Positions 50,036-60,900 of a stretch of DNA of 64,000 nt are shown here, one piece after another. Location: positions 57 to 64,056 of the forward strand of contig CAKPHD010000002.1 of NCBI GenBank assembly GCA_934155625.1. Reading direction: 5' to 3'. The stretch is from an uncultured Clostridia bacterium. GTDB taxonomy: Bacteria > Bacillota > Clostridia > TANB77 > CAG-508. A model generated the notes under the pieces. It worked only from the letters and a program-made list of their open reading frames with translations. It had not been told where the DNA came from and searched no databases. Both the position numbers and the translations under genes were made by a program. Positions within the stretch are counted from its first letter, which is position 1; each line of letters starts with the position of its first letter.

Positions 50036-50746
50036 ATGATAATATTAATTACTGGAGCATCAAGAGGAATAGGCAGGGAAATAGCAATAAAATTGGCAAA
50101 AGGCGGAAATAAGATAATTGCTAATTATAATAAATCAGAAGAACAAGCTAATACATTAAAACAAGAGAATAATATCGAAGTATATAAAGCTGATGTTTCT
50201 AAGAGAGAAGAAGTTCATAAAATGGTTAATTATACTATACAGAGATATGGAAAAATTGATGTTTTGATAAATAATGCTGGAATATCAGAAGAAAAAATGT
50301 TTATAGATGTAACAGATAATGATTGGAATAAAATGATAAATAATAATTTATATTCAGTTTTTTGTACTACACAAGAAGTGTTACCTAGTATGGTAGCACA
50401 AAAGAGTGGATGCATAATTAATATATCTTCTATTTGGGGGCTGGTTGGAGCATCTTGCGAATCTATATATTCCGTAAGCAAAGCTGGAATTGATGCTATT
50501 ACTAAATCTTTGGCAAAAGAATTAGGACCATCTGGGATAAGAGTTAATTCTATTGCACCTGGTATAATTGACACTGATATGAATAAAAATTTAAATCAAC
50601 AAGAAATAAATGATATAAAAAATGAAATACCACTTGAAAAAATAGGGAAGGCAATTGATATTGCTAAATGTGTTGAATGGCTTATTGATGATAAATATAC
50701 TACAGGTCAAATTATTTCTATTAATGGAGGATGGATAATAACATAA
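50036..50746 (+). CDS. Short-chain dehydrogenase/reductase (FabG/YmfI-like 3-oxoacyl reductase family)
   Basis: TGASRGIG cofactor motif, NNAG, catalytic YSVSKAG. 236 aa. Confidence 0.8.
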   Translation: MIILITGASRGIGREIAIKLAKGGNKIIANYNKSEEQANTLKQENNIEVYKADVSKREEVHKMVNYTIQRYGKIDVLINNAGISEEKMFIDVTDNDWNKMINNNLYSVFCTTQEVLPSMVAQKSGCIINISSIWGLVGASCESIYSVSKAGIDAITKSLAKELGPSGIRVNSIAPGIIDTDMNKNLNQQEINDIKNEIPLEKIGKAIDIAKCVEWLIDDKYTTGQIISINGGWIIT

Positions 50747-50809
50747 AAGAGGATAATCTTTGCGAAGATATCCTCTAAAATTTTGCCATAAGGCATTATA
50801 TACTTTATA

Positions 50810-51280
50810 TTATTCTTGATCTGAAGCTTTTTTTCTATAATTACCAGAAATTAGTTTTGGTAAATAAGTGATGATTTTATAAACTGCTAAACGTATCTTC
50901 TTACTCCAAATATAAGATTTTCTTAATTTTCTTGCATGACCTAAAGATACAGGCTCATCATCTAAAACAACTAGTTCAACTGGTTGTTTTTCTATTTTAA
51001 ATATATAGTTATTTCCAAAATTATTATCCCATTCACCTTTTTCATTAAAGAAACAGAAGTTAAATGTTTCTCCACAACCAAGTTCTATTTCAGCCTGAAA
51101 ACCAAGTTCTGTATTTTCCATAACGATGTCTTGAACATTATCCCAATTTTCGCCAAAACCATAATGAAAAAATACTTTTTCAGAATGATCTTGAAAAAAT
51201 TTACCTGTGTATGAAATTTTTACTTTACTATTTTCTATTAACTTATCAGTATTAAAAAAAATGTTTTTTGTCAACTCCAT
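50810..51280 (-). CDS. Starch-binding-like (CBM25/53-type) domain protein
   Basis: VFFHYGFGENWDNVQDIVMENTELGFQAEIELGCGETFNFCFFNEKGEWDNNFGNNYIF resembles CBM53-type modules. ATG at 51280 (GAAGGAG RBS) preferred over the track start at 51352. Confidence 0.45.
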   Translation of the reverse strand: MELTKNIFFNTDKLIENSKVKISYTGKFFQDHSEKVFFHYGFGENWDNVQDIVMENTELGFQAEIELGCGETFNFCFFNEKGEWDNNFGNNYIFKIEKQPVELVVLDDEPVSLGHARKLRKSYIWSKKIRLAVYKIITYLPKLISGNYRKKASDQE

Positions 51281-51487
51281 TTTAAAAACTCCTTCATCTT
51301 TTGTTAAGCATATTATATTATTAAATTTTACAATATTCAAGTGTTTTTTCAAAAAAAATGTAAAATTTTTTGAAAAGTAATAAAAAAATTAAAAAAACAT
51401 ATATATTATTAAAGAAAATTACATAAAAAAATTGTCAAATCTTGAAAAATGTGGTATTATATAATAGGAGGGAAAAGGAGTAAAAGT

Positions 51488-53176
51488 ATGGGAAAAATAG
51501 AAAATAAGACAAAAGAAAAAGTTTTAGAAGAAAATCAAAATTTAGAAAACAAAGGAGAAAGTAAAGAAGAGAAAAAAGAAGAGCAAAATATCCAGGAAGT
51601 AAAAGAGGTGGAAACTCATGAAAACAATAATACTAAAATATGGATAATAACATTAATAATAATAGCAATCTTAGTAATTGTTGCAGCAGTATTCTCAACA
51701 ATTTTTGCAATAGTAAATATGAAAAATCCGAAAATAATAAAAGGAGTAACTGTACATGGAATAGATATTTCAAACCTTACTAAAGAAGAGGCTATAGATA
51801 AAATGAATGAAATATATGGTACTAAAGCAGAACAACAAATTTATTTAACTCGTGGTGAATATGAAACTTCAGTAACATATGAAGCATTAGAAGTAAAATA
51901 TCAAGTTCAGGATGCAGTAGAACAAGCATATCAAATAGGAAGAAATGGCAATATATTTCAAAACAATTTTGCAATTTTACATACACGAAATAAAGGAGCT
52001 GATGTAAACTTAGAAGTTACATTAGACCAAAACATGATAGAACAAATTGCACAAAACATAAATAATAGTATAGATGATGCAGTTGTACAGCCAAGTTATT
52101 ATGTTGAGAAAAAAGAAGCCAAATTAGTAGTTACATCTGGTAAGCAAGGCTTTAAAGTAGATGAAGAACAATTGCTTTCAAACATATATAATATCATAGA
52201 TAAAAATACAGAAGATGAACAAAAGATAGATATACCAATGAAACAAGATATTCCAGAAAAAATTGATATAGAAAAAATACATGAAGAAGTTTACAAAAAA
52301 GTTCAAGATGCGTATTACACTACAGAACCATTTACAGTTTATCCAGAAGAAGAAGGAATAGACTTTGATGTGGAAGCTGCAAAGCAGATGCTACTAGAAG
52401 AAAAAGAAGAATATGAAATACCTTTAATAATAACAAAGCCTAATAAAACAGTAAAGGATATAGGAACAGAAGCATTTCCAGATTTATTATCAACATTTTC
52501 AACTAACTATAATGCAGGAAATGCAGACAGAACAACAAACTTAAGATTAGCAGCTAGTAAAATAAATGGAACAGTATTATTACCAAATGAAGAATTTTCT
52601 TACAATTCTGTTGTAGGCGAAAGAACAATAAATGCTGGATATAAGATGGCTGCAACATATTCAAATGGAGCAGTAGTTGATGGATTAGGAGGAGGAATTT
52701 GTCAGATATCTTCAACATTATATGATGCAGTAGTAATGGCAAATTTAAAAATAACAACAAGAAGAAATCATCAATTTGTAACATCATATGTACCAGCAGG
52801 AAAAGATGCAACAGTAGTATGGGGATCACAAGATTTTAAATTTGTAAACTCAAGAAAAAATCCTGTTAGAATAACAGCAACAGTTCAAGGCGGCGTTGCA
52901 ACTGTTCAAGTATGGGGAATAAAAGAAGAGGTCGAATATGATATTTCGATAGAAACTAAAAAAATTGCAACAATAGAACCAACAACACAGTATGTTCAAA
53001 ATCCAAGTTTACCAGCTGGCCAACAAAAGGTTGTTCAAGCAGGAAGCAATGGAAGAAAAGTAGAAGCATATAAAGTAACTAAGTTGAATGGTCAAGTGGT
53101 TTCTACAACACTATTATCAAGAGATACATATAATGCAATGAAAAGAATAGTTCATGTAGGAACAGCGGGGCAATAA
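51488..53176 (+). CDS. VanW-family protein with C-terminal G5 domain
   Basis: N-terminal TM. VanW core GGGICQISSTLYDAVVMANLKITTRRNHQFVTSYVPAGKDATV. C-terminal PSLPAGQQKVVQAGSNGRKVEAYKV...IVHVGT (G5). ATG at 51488 has a GGAGGGAAAAGGAG RBS. Confidence 0.8.
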   Translation: MGKIENKTKEKVLEENQNLENKGESKEEKKEEQNIQEVKEVETHENNNTKIWIITLIIIAILVIVAAVFSTIFAIVNMKNPKIIKGVTVHGIDISNLTKEEAIDKMNEIYGTKAEQQIYLTRGEYETSVTYEALEVKYQVQDAVEQAYQIGRNGNIFQNNFAILHTRNKGADVNLEVTLDQNMIEQIAQNINNSIDDAVVQPSYYVEKKEAKLVVTSGKQGFKVDEEQLLSNIYNIIDKNTEDEQKIDIPMKQDIPEKIDIEKIHEEVYKKVQDAYYTTEPFTVYPEEEGIDFDVEAAKQMLLEEKEEYEIPLIITKPNKTVKDIGTEAFPDLLSTFSTNYNAGNADRTTNLRLAASKINGTVLLPNEEFSYNSVVGERTINAGYKMAATYSNGAVVDGLGGGICQISSTLYDAVVMANLKITTRRNHQFVTSYVPAGKDATVVWGSQDFKFVNSRKNPVRITATVQGGVATVQVWGIKEEVEYDISIETKKIATIEPTTQYVQNPSLPAGQQKVVQAGSNGRKVEAYKVTKLNGQVVSTTLLSRDTYNAMKRIVHVGTAGQ

Positions 53177-53200
53177 AATATAAAAATGGAGGTAAAAAAT

Positions 53201-56200
53201 ATGGAAAGAAGAATGATTAAAAAGTTATTAGCAATGTTAATGATAATAGCTATTATATCAACAGACTTTTTAGTGTTAGGCTCTAATTTGATTAGTTATG
53301 CCGCAGAGTCAAATAGTCTAACCAATAATAAAAACATTGAATTTTCTACATACTTTAAAGATGATAAAGGTAATAAAGTTGACAAGTTAGAAACAGGTAT
53401 AAAGGCAGAAAATTTAAAATTGTATGCTGAAATTACAGTGAAAAATGAAGGATACTTAAATAATGCAGTATTAGAATTACAAAACAGCAATTTTAAAATA
53501 AAAGATACTATATTATCAAATTCAATTGCAAGTATAGAAGAAAATAAAGTTAATTTAAAACAAATTAACGCAGGAACTACAGAAACAATAGAGTTAAGCA
53601 TAGAGCCAGCTATTGGTGATACATTAACAACTGATATGTTGACAAAGGAATCAGACTTAAAATTAACAGGAACTTATATGGAAACATCATATAAAGGTCT
53701 AAAAATAGATGCAACTAGAAAAGTTAAATTAGATTTACAAGTTAATCAAGATGCAACAGCAGAATTAACAACAGATATAATAACTAATAAAGTATTTTCA
53801 ATTGATGGAAAAAATAAAAGAATGGTTCAATTATTAGTAAAATCAAGATTATCTGATAATCAATATCCAATTAAACAAACAGTAATAAATGTTGATGTTC
53901 CTGAATTGAGTGAAAAAGAACCAGAAGATGTAGAAGTTATATCATTAGGAACAATGGCTACTAACGGAAAAACAACATTAACAAAACAAGAATGGAATAA
54001 TGAAGATAATAAAGTTAAAATAACATTAAAAAATGAAGAAAGCACAATAAAATGGAACAAAAATGCTTATGATGAATTAGTAGTTACATATATATATGAT
54101 GAAAGTGTTGATGCTAATAAAATAGAAATAAATGCTGATTCAGAAATTAAAGTACATAATACAGAAACAAAGTATACAGCAAAAAGTACAAAAGGAATAG
54201 AAAATCAAGAACTTGATGGTGTTATAACATCACAAACAGAAATAAGTTCAGATGGAATATATAAAGGACAAATAGCATCAAACATTAATGCAAAATATAA
54301 TACAAAAACATCAGTAAGAATTACAAATACTAAAACACAAGAAAAAATAAAAATAACAGAACCAAAAGATGTTCTTGTAACAGAAAATGCAGAAATGACA
54401 ATAAATACAGAATATATGGAAACAAAAATTAATAAAGCAAAAATGTTAGAAATTTTTGGACAAGATGGAAGTATATCAATAAATGATGAAAATTCAACAA
54501 AGACAATTAATAAAGATACACAAGCAGATGACAATGGTGATATTGTAATAAAATATACAAATGCAACTAAAGGATTAACAATTGAAACAAGTAAACCTCA
54601 AATAACAGGAATATTAGAAATTAGACACTCAAAGGAAATTACAGAAAATAATTATTCATTAGACCAAATTAAAGATGTAAAATGGTTAAAAACTCAAAAT
54701 ATAACATCAGGAACAAAAATTGAAAACTCTAGTGAAGCAAAATTAGAAGTAAAAGATACAGTAACAAAAGCGGAATTTACAATAAATAAAGATTCATTAT
54801 CAACAATGACAGAAAATAAAGATGTTACTTTAGGAGTTAAATTAATTACAGATGGTATACAATATGATTTATATAAAAATCCAACAATAAAAATTCAATT
54901 ACCAGCATCTGTAGAAAATGTAAAAATAAATGGTGCTACACCATTATATGCAGAAGAATTTAAAGTAAATTCAAAATATGACAATACAAATAAAATAATA
55001 GAAATAAAGTTAAATGGTGAACAAACAACACATCCAGAAACAGCGGCAACTCAATTATATTTACAATTAAATTTAGATATAACATTATCAAAATTAGCTG
55101 CAAGCAAAAAAGACAAAATTACAATGACATACACAAACGAAAATGCAACAAAATATGATAGTGATACATTAGGATATGGAATAATAGAAAAAGAAGTAAC
55201 AATATCTGCACCAAGTGGATTATTCACAATGTACAATACAAATACATATAATATTAATGGGTTAAAAGGAATAAGTGATGAAAAACAAGTAGTACAAATT
55301 GCAGAAACAGAAAAAGCAAAAGATGTAAATTTTGATATGGCATTAGTTAATAATACTGGAGCAGATGCTAAAAATGTAAGAATTCTTGGAAAATTACCAA
55401 CAAGTGGAAACAAAATAACAGGAGAAGAAGAAAATACATTACAAACAGCATTAAAAGAAATATCAGCACAAAATGCAACTATATATTATAGTAAAAATTC
55501 AAATGCAACATCAGACTTAAAGAAATCTGAAAATGAATGGACAACAACAATTTCTGCTGATTCTAAAGTATTTTTAATAGTTTTAAATAATTTAGATGCA
55601 GAAAGTAATTATACAGCAGGATATGCAATGCAATTGCCAGCTTCAATAGGAAAAGATTTAGCAGCATATACAGAATATGAAGTAATATATGATTCTAACA
55701 CAGAAAAAGACATAAGAACAAAATCTGTAGAATTAGGTTTTGAGACACCAACAGAGATAAAATTGGAATCAAATATATCAGCACAAATAGGAAATGATAC
55801 TATAAAAAATGATGATGTAATTAAAGCTGGTGAAGTAATCAAATATTCAATGACTGTAAAAAACAATGGTACACAACCAATTAACAATGTTGAAATAAAA
55901 TCAAATGTACCAGATGGAACAATTTATGTTATACCAGAAGATAATTATGTACATTCAGGAACTTCATATTACAAAGAAGATGAAAGCATTAAAGAAATAA
56001 AAGAAACAATACCAGAACTTGGAGCAGGAAAAACATATACAAAAACATATGAAGTAAGAACAAAATCTGATATAACATCAGAAAAACAAATAACTAATAA
56101 AACAATAGCAACATGTGAAGAAACTAATATAGAAAGTTCAGAATTAACAAATAAAATTCAACCATCTAATATAAGAGTAACACTAAAACCATTAGAGGAA

Positions 56201-57982
56201 GATGGAGTTACAATTTTACCAGGTGGAGTTACATCATATTTAATGGTTGTTGAAAATTTAGGAAATGAAGATATAAATAATCTTAAAGTACAATTAAAAA
56301 ATGATAATTTTGATACAAGTTGGATAACATCTGATGATACAACATTACAAAATGAAGAGGTACCAGAAACAATAAATATAGAAAAAATATCTGCAAAAAG
56401 CAATGTTTGGTATAAAGCAATTGGTAATGTTAAAGAAAATGCAGACAAATTACAAGCAATAGCAGTAGCAGAAGATTCAAATGGAAATAAATATAGATCA
56501 AATCAATTAGAAAATGATTTACCACAACAAGATGCAACAATATCTTTAACAAGTCCACAAAATAAAGCTAATATCAAAGAAGGAGATATTGTAGAATACA
56601 ATATAAATATAGAAAATGTAGGTGGATATAAATCAGATATAGAAATTGTTGATCAAATATCAGAATACTTAGAAGTACAAGCAATTTATAAAAATGGTGA
56701 AGTAAAATTGCAAACTACGGAAACAGCTAAAACAGATACCTATGTTTCAAAAATATCAAATGATGTATCTTATACTGTAAGCCTTGAAAAAGGAGAAAAA
56801 GCAGAAATAAAAATAGTTGCAGTAGTAAAAAATTCAGAAAAGAATATTGATGCAATAACAATAACAAATAAAGCTGAAGCAAAAATAAATCAAAATACTA
56901 AAGCAACATCAGAAGAAGTAACACATATATTAAAACTTACTTCAGAAAATATCAAAAATGTTATAAATGGTAAAGCATGGTTAGACAAGAATTTAAATGG
57001 TGCAAAAGATAATGAGGAACAAGCATTAAGTGATATAAAAGTAAGATTATATAATGTTGCTACAAATGATTATCAAAAAGATAGTAATGGTTCAATAATA
57101 GAAACAACAACAAATGAAAATGGTGAATATGCATTTACAAAAATTCCAAATGGACAATATATAGTTCTATTTGAATATGATACTGGTAAATATGAACCAA
57201 CTTATTATTTAAAAGATGGAGTTGATGATAGTATCAATTCAAAAGTAGTATTTAAAAATATTACAATAAATGGAGAGGAAAAATCTTATGCAGTAACAGA
57301 TACAATAAATTTAGAAGATAATATATCTAATATAAATATTGGATTAAAAGAAAAACTAGCATTTGATTTACAACTAAATAAATATATAAGCAGAATATCA
57401 GTACAAAATAGTAAGGGAACAAAGACTTATGACTATAAAGATTCTACATTTGCTAAAGTAGAAATACACAGAAAACAAGTAAATGGTTCTGTAGTTGTAC
57501 TAGAATACACAATAAAAGTTAAAAACAATGGAGAAGTTGCAGGATATGCAAGTAATGTAGTAGATTATTTATCAAATGGATTAACATTCAGTTCAGAATT
57601 AAATCCAGATTGGTATTTATCAGGAAACGAACTATATTCAAAGAAACTTGCGAATGAAACAATTAATCCTGGAGAGGAAAAAGAATTAAAATTAGTACTA
57701 ACAAAAACAATGACTAATGAAAATACAGGTGTAGTTAATAACAGAGCTGAGATTGCAGAAGATTATAATGAATATGGAATTGCAGATGTAAATTCAACAC
57801 CAAACAATAAAATGGCAGGAGAAAATGATTTAGGTTCAGCAGATGTTATTATAGGTATTTCAACAGGTGGAACAATAATTGCTTATGTAATATTAGCATT
57901 TATTAATACAGTATTAATAATAATAGCAATAAGACTAATGATTAAAAATAATATAATAAGAATTAAAAAGGAAAGGAGGTAA
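53201..57982 (+). CDS. Giant surface protein (~1590 aa) with DUF11-like and SdrD-B/Cna-B-like repeats and a C-terminal membrane anchor
   Basis: Signal peptide. DUF11-like GEVIKYSMTVKNNGTQPINNVEIKSNVPDGT and GDIVEYNINIENVGG. SdrD-B-like GKAWLDKNLNGAKDNEEQALSDIKVRLYN...NENGEYAFTKIPNGQYIV. C-terminal hydrophobic helix plus basic tail (IRIKKERR). Confidence 0.75.
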   Translation: MERRMIKKLLAMLMIIAIISTDFLVLGSNLISYAAESNSLTNNKNIEFSTYFKDDKGNKVDKLETGIKAENLKLYAEITVKNEGYLNNAVLELQNSNFKIKDTILSNSIASIEENKVNLKQINAGTTETIELSIEPAIGDTLTTDMLTKESDLKLTGTYMETSYKGLKIDATRKVKLDLQVNQDATAELTTDIITNKVFSIDGKNKRMVQLLVKSRLSDNQYPIKQTVINVDVPELSEKEPEDVEVISLGTMATNGKTTLTKQEWNNEDNKVKITLKNEESTIKWNKNAYDELVVTYIYDESVDANKIEINADSEIKVHNTETKYTAKSTKGIENQELDGVITSQTEISSDGIYKGQIASNINAKYNTKTSVRITNTKTQEKIKITEPKDVLVTENAEMTINTEYMETKINKAKMLEIFGQDGSISINDENSTKTINKDTQADDNGDIVIKYTNATKGLTIETSKPQITGILEIRHSKEITENNYSLDQIKDVKWLKTQNITSGTKIENSSEAKLEVKDTVTKAEFTINKDSLSTMTENKDVTLGVKLITDGIQYDLYKNPTIKIQLPASVENVKINGATPLYAEEFKVNSKYDNTNKIIEIKLNGEQTTHPETAATQLYLQLNLDITLSKLAASKKDKITMTYTNENATKYDSDTLGYGIIEKEVTISAPSGLFTMYNTNTYNINGLKGISDEKQVVQIAETEKAKDVNFDMALVNNTGADAKNVRILGKLPTSGNKITGEEENTLQTALKEISAQNATIYYSKNSNATSDLKKSENEWTTTISADSKVFLIVLNNLDAESNYTAGYAMQLPASIGKDLAAYTEYEVIYDSNTEKDIRTKSVELGFETPTEIKLESNISAQIGNDTIKNDDVIKAGEVIKYSMTVKNNGTQPINNVEIKSNVPDGTIYVIPEDNYVHSGTSYYKEDESIKEIKETIPELGAGKTYTKTYEVRTKSDITSEKQITNKTIATCEETNIESSELTNKIQPSNIRVTLKPLEEDGVTILPGGVTSYLMVVENLGNEDINNLKVQLKNDNFDTSWITSDDTTLQNEEVPETINIEKISAKSNVWYKAIGNVKENADKLQAIAVAEDSNGNKYRSNQLENDLPQQDATISLTSPQNKANIKEGDIVEYNINIENVGGYKSDIEIVDQISEYLEVQAIYKNGEVKLQTTETAKTDTYVSKISNDVSYTVSLEKGEKAEIKIVAVVKNSEKNIDAITITNKAEAKINQNTKATSEEVTHILKLTSENIKNVINGKAWLDKNLNGAKDNEEQALSDIKVRLYNVATNDYQKDSNGSIIETTTNENGEYAFTKIPNGQYIVLFEYDTGKYEPTYYLKDGVDDSINSKVVFKNITINGEEKSYAVTDTINLEDNISNINIGLKEKLAFDLQLNKYISRISVQNSKGTKTYDYKDSTFAKVEIHRKQVNGSVVVLEYTIKVKNNGEVAGYASNVVDYLSNGLTFSSELNPDWYLSGNELYSKKLANETINPGEEKELKLVLTKTMTNENTGVVNNRAEIAEDYNEYGIADVNSTPNNKMAGENDLGSADVIIGISTGGTIIAYVILAFINTVLIIIAIRLMIKNNIIRIKKERR

Positions 57983-57987
57983 ATACT

Positions 57988-60900
57988 ATGAATACTAAAA
58001 AAATAAAAAAAATAGTAGGGTTAGTTTTAATTACAATATTAATATCACTTATAGGTAATTATAATAAAGTATTTGCAGCAGACAATATGTCAGTAGGAAC
58101 TGTACATAGATATAATCTTACTAATTTAACAAATTCAAATAATATGTACTGTGTGGCACATGAAAAGGTGTTATATTCTTATCAGGATGTGGATTTTACA
58201 GTAAAATCATATGTTGAAATAAAAGGTAATAAAATAGTATCAGCCTCAAAAAATCCTTCTAATTCAGGTGCAGCAGATAATTCTTCAAATGCAATAATGG
58301 CTGCAATGTTAGGTGGAGCATTGACACAAGGACATGGAAGTTATAAAGATGCTTATGGAGATTATAATAATGGAGTAGGTATTCACAAATATAATGCAGC
58401 ACAAATAGCTGTATGGGGATATTGGCATACATGGATTAATGATGTAGGAAAATACTACGGACTTACAACAGTTACAAATAATGCATTTGATAATGCATCA
58501 GTTGGAAATTATACAGCAGATAATTATAATAAATATCTTGCACAAGCAAAAGCTGCTGCTGAAAAATCAGAATATCATGTAAAAATATATTTCTTAGATA
58601 GTGGAGCAACAAACTGGCAGAATGTAATATATGTAGAGACATTTGATAATACTCCACCAGATGAACCACAACCAGGACAAACAGAAGTAACCGGATATGT
58701 AAATATTAATGGATATGTATGGGAAGATATAGCTAATTCTAAGAGTAATACAATAAATAGCAAATACGAAGAGGGAGACTTAAGAGTAGAAGGAATAAAA
58801 GTTCATTGGAAAGCTTCAAATGGACAAGAAATAGCTACAGCAACAACAGATAGTAATGGTGCATATAAATTAACAACAACAATAGCATTATATAACCATC
58901 CATATGGAATAAAAGATAAAACAAAATATGACCAAATAAACAATTCATATGTAGAATTTGAATACAATGGATTAAAATATACAACAGTAGCTTATAATGG
59001 AAATATTACTAATAGTGATACTTCAAAAGGTAAAGAAAATGAGACATCAAGAACAAATTTAGATAATAAATTTGACAAGGTAGAAAATAGTGCAGTATAT
59101 GATGGAAATACAGCAATAATAACAGGATTGCCTAATACTAAAATATCAGATGCAAATTATACACCTGAACTTGCAGTATCTGCATCAACAATGAATATTA
59201 CAAGAGATTTAATGAAAGCTGCCGAAAATAATAATTGGACAGAGAAAAAAGAATTTTGTATAGACCATTGTCAAGTAGGAGAAGGACCACATAAGGTTAA
59301 AGTAGTAAAAACAAGTGGAGGTTCAACAATAGAAGTATATTGTAATGGTAATATAAAAATTAATGATGTAAATAATGAATATTTAGGAGACATAATAAAA
59401 GGCATAAAAGAAGTAATGGGAGATGAAATTAATACAGCACCAGGAAGTGAATCACATTACTACTCTGCAGGAGAAATAGATGGACCAACACATAGAGATT
59501 GTAGACAAGGTGCTCAAGAAATATATGTATGGAACATAAATAATATGAATTTGGGGCTAACACGTAGGGAACAACCAGATGCGGCAATATCATCAGATAT
59601 TGAAAAAGTTAGAGTTATAATGAAAAATCAAGAATATACATATGAATATGGAAATAGAGGAATTCAAAGTAATGAAGAATTATTTGATTACAAAGTTAAA
59701 TTTGGAAATAAATATACACAAATATATACAAGACCTGTAAATCCAGCAGATATAGCATATGTAAATTATAATAATACAGATGACTTAAAAGTATATGTAA
59801 CATATAATATAATATTGAAAAATCAATCAAATACATTGCCAATGACAATTAATGGTATAGTAAATTACTATGATAGTGATTACACAATATATACAGGACA
59901 AGGTTCATCAACATCAGATGGATGGAAACAAACTGATGGAAATAACAATGGATTTAAAGTTGCATATAATACAAATAGTGTAACATTACAACCTGAGTCA
60001 CAATCTGAATTAATAAAACTAGAATTTGAAGTAAGTCAAAACAAAATAAAAGAATTGCAAAATGAAGATACAGGATTTACATTTACAAATTATACTGAAA
60101 TATTCTCATTTACAACATTCTATGGAGAGAATACAATATGCGCAGAAAGAGAAACAGCAGCAGCTAAAGGTAAAGTAAATCAACAATATGCAGGATTAGA
60201 CCAAGACTCAACACCAGGAAATGCAGTTCCAGGAAATGAATCTACATATGAAGATGATACAGATAGAGCACCATCATTCTTATTAAAGAAAGATGCAAAT
60301 TATAAAACAATGTCTGGTATAGTTTATGAAGATTCACAAACAGAAGAAAGCAAGAAGGAAAATGAAAGATTAGGAAATGGCCTAAAAGACGGAAATGAAA
60401 AAGGTGTAGAAAATGTAAGAGTTGAATTACTTAATGCAGAAACAGGAGAAACAGCATACTTATACTATAAAGATGCTAATGGAGCAAATAGAAAACCTGC
60501 TATAACATATTCTGACAGTAATGGTAACTATTCATTTGGAGATGGAACAACATGTGGTGTAGTAGTAGATAACTATATTGTAAAATATACTTATGGTAAT
60601 GCAGATAAAGGAACAGATGGAAATGGAACAACAATAGGAAAAACAACAATAGATGGTGGAAAATCATTTGTAAATGCAAGAAATTACAAATCTACAATAG
60701 TTACAGATTCAAATGTAAAAAGTGTTATGACAGGAGAAAGTAGTTCTGACAAATGGCACTTAACTATGAATGAAGGTGTAGATACATCAATAGCAATTGA
60801 TGATTTAGAAGAAAGAGCAAAACAAGAAGAATTAAAATATTCAACATATAATAATGAATACAATATGTCTGCATATAGTAAGAAATTTGCAGTACAACTA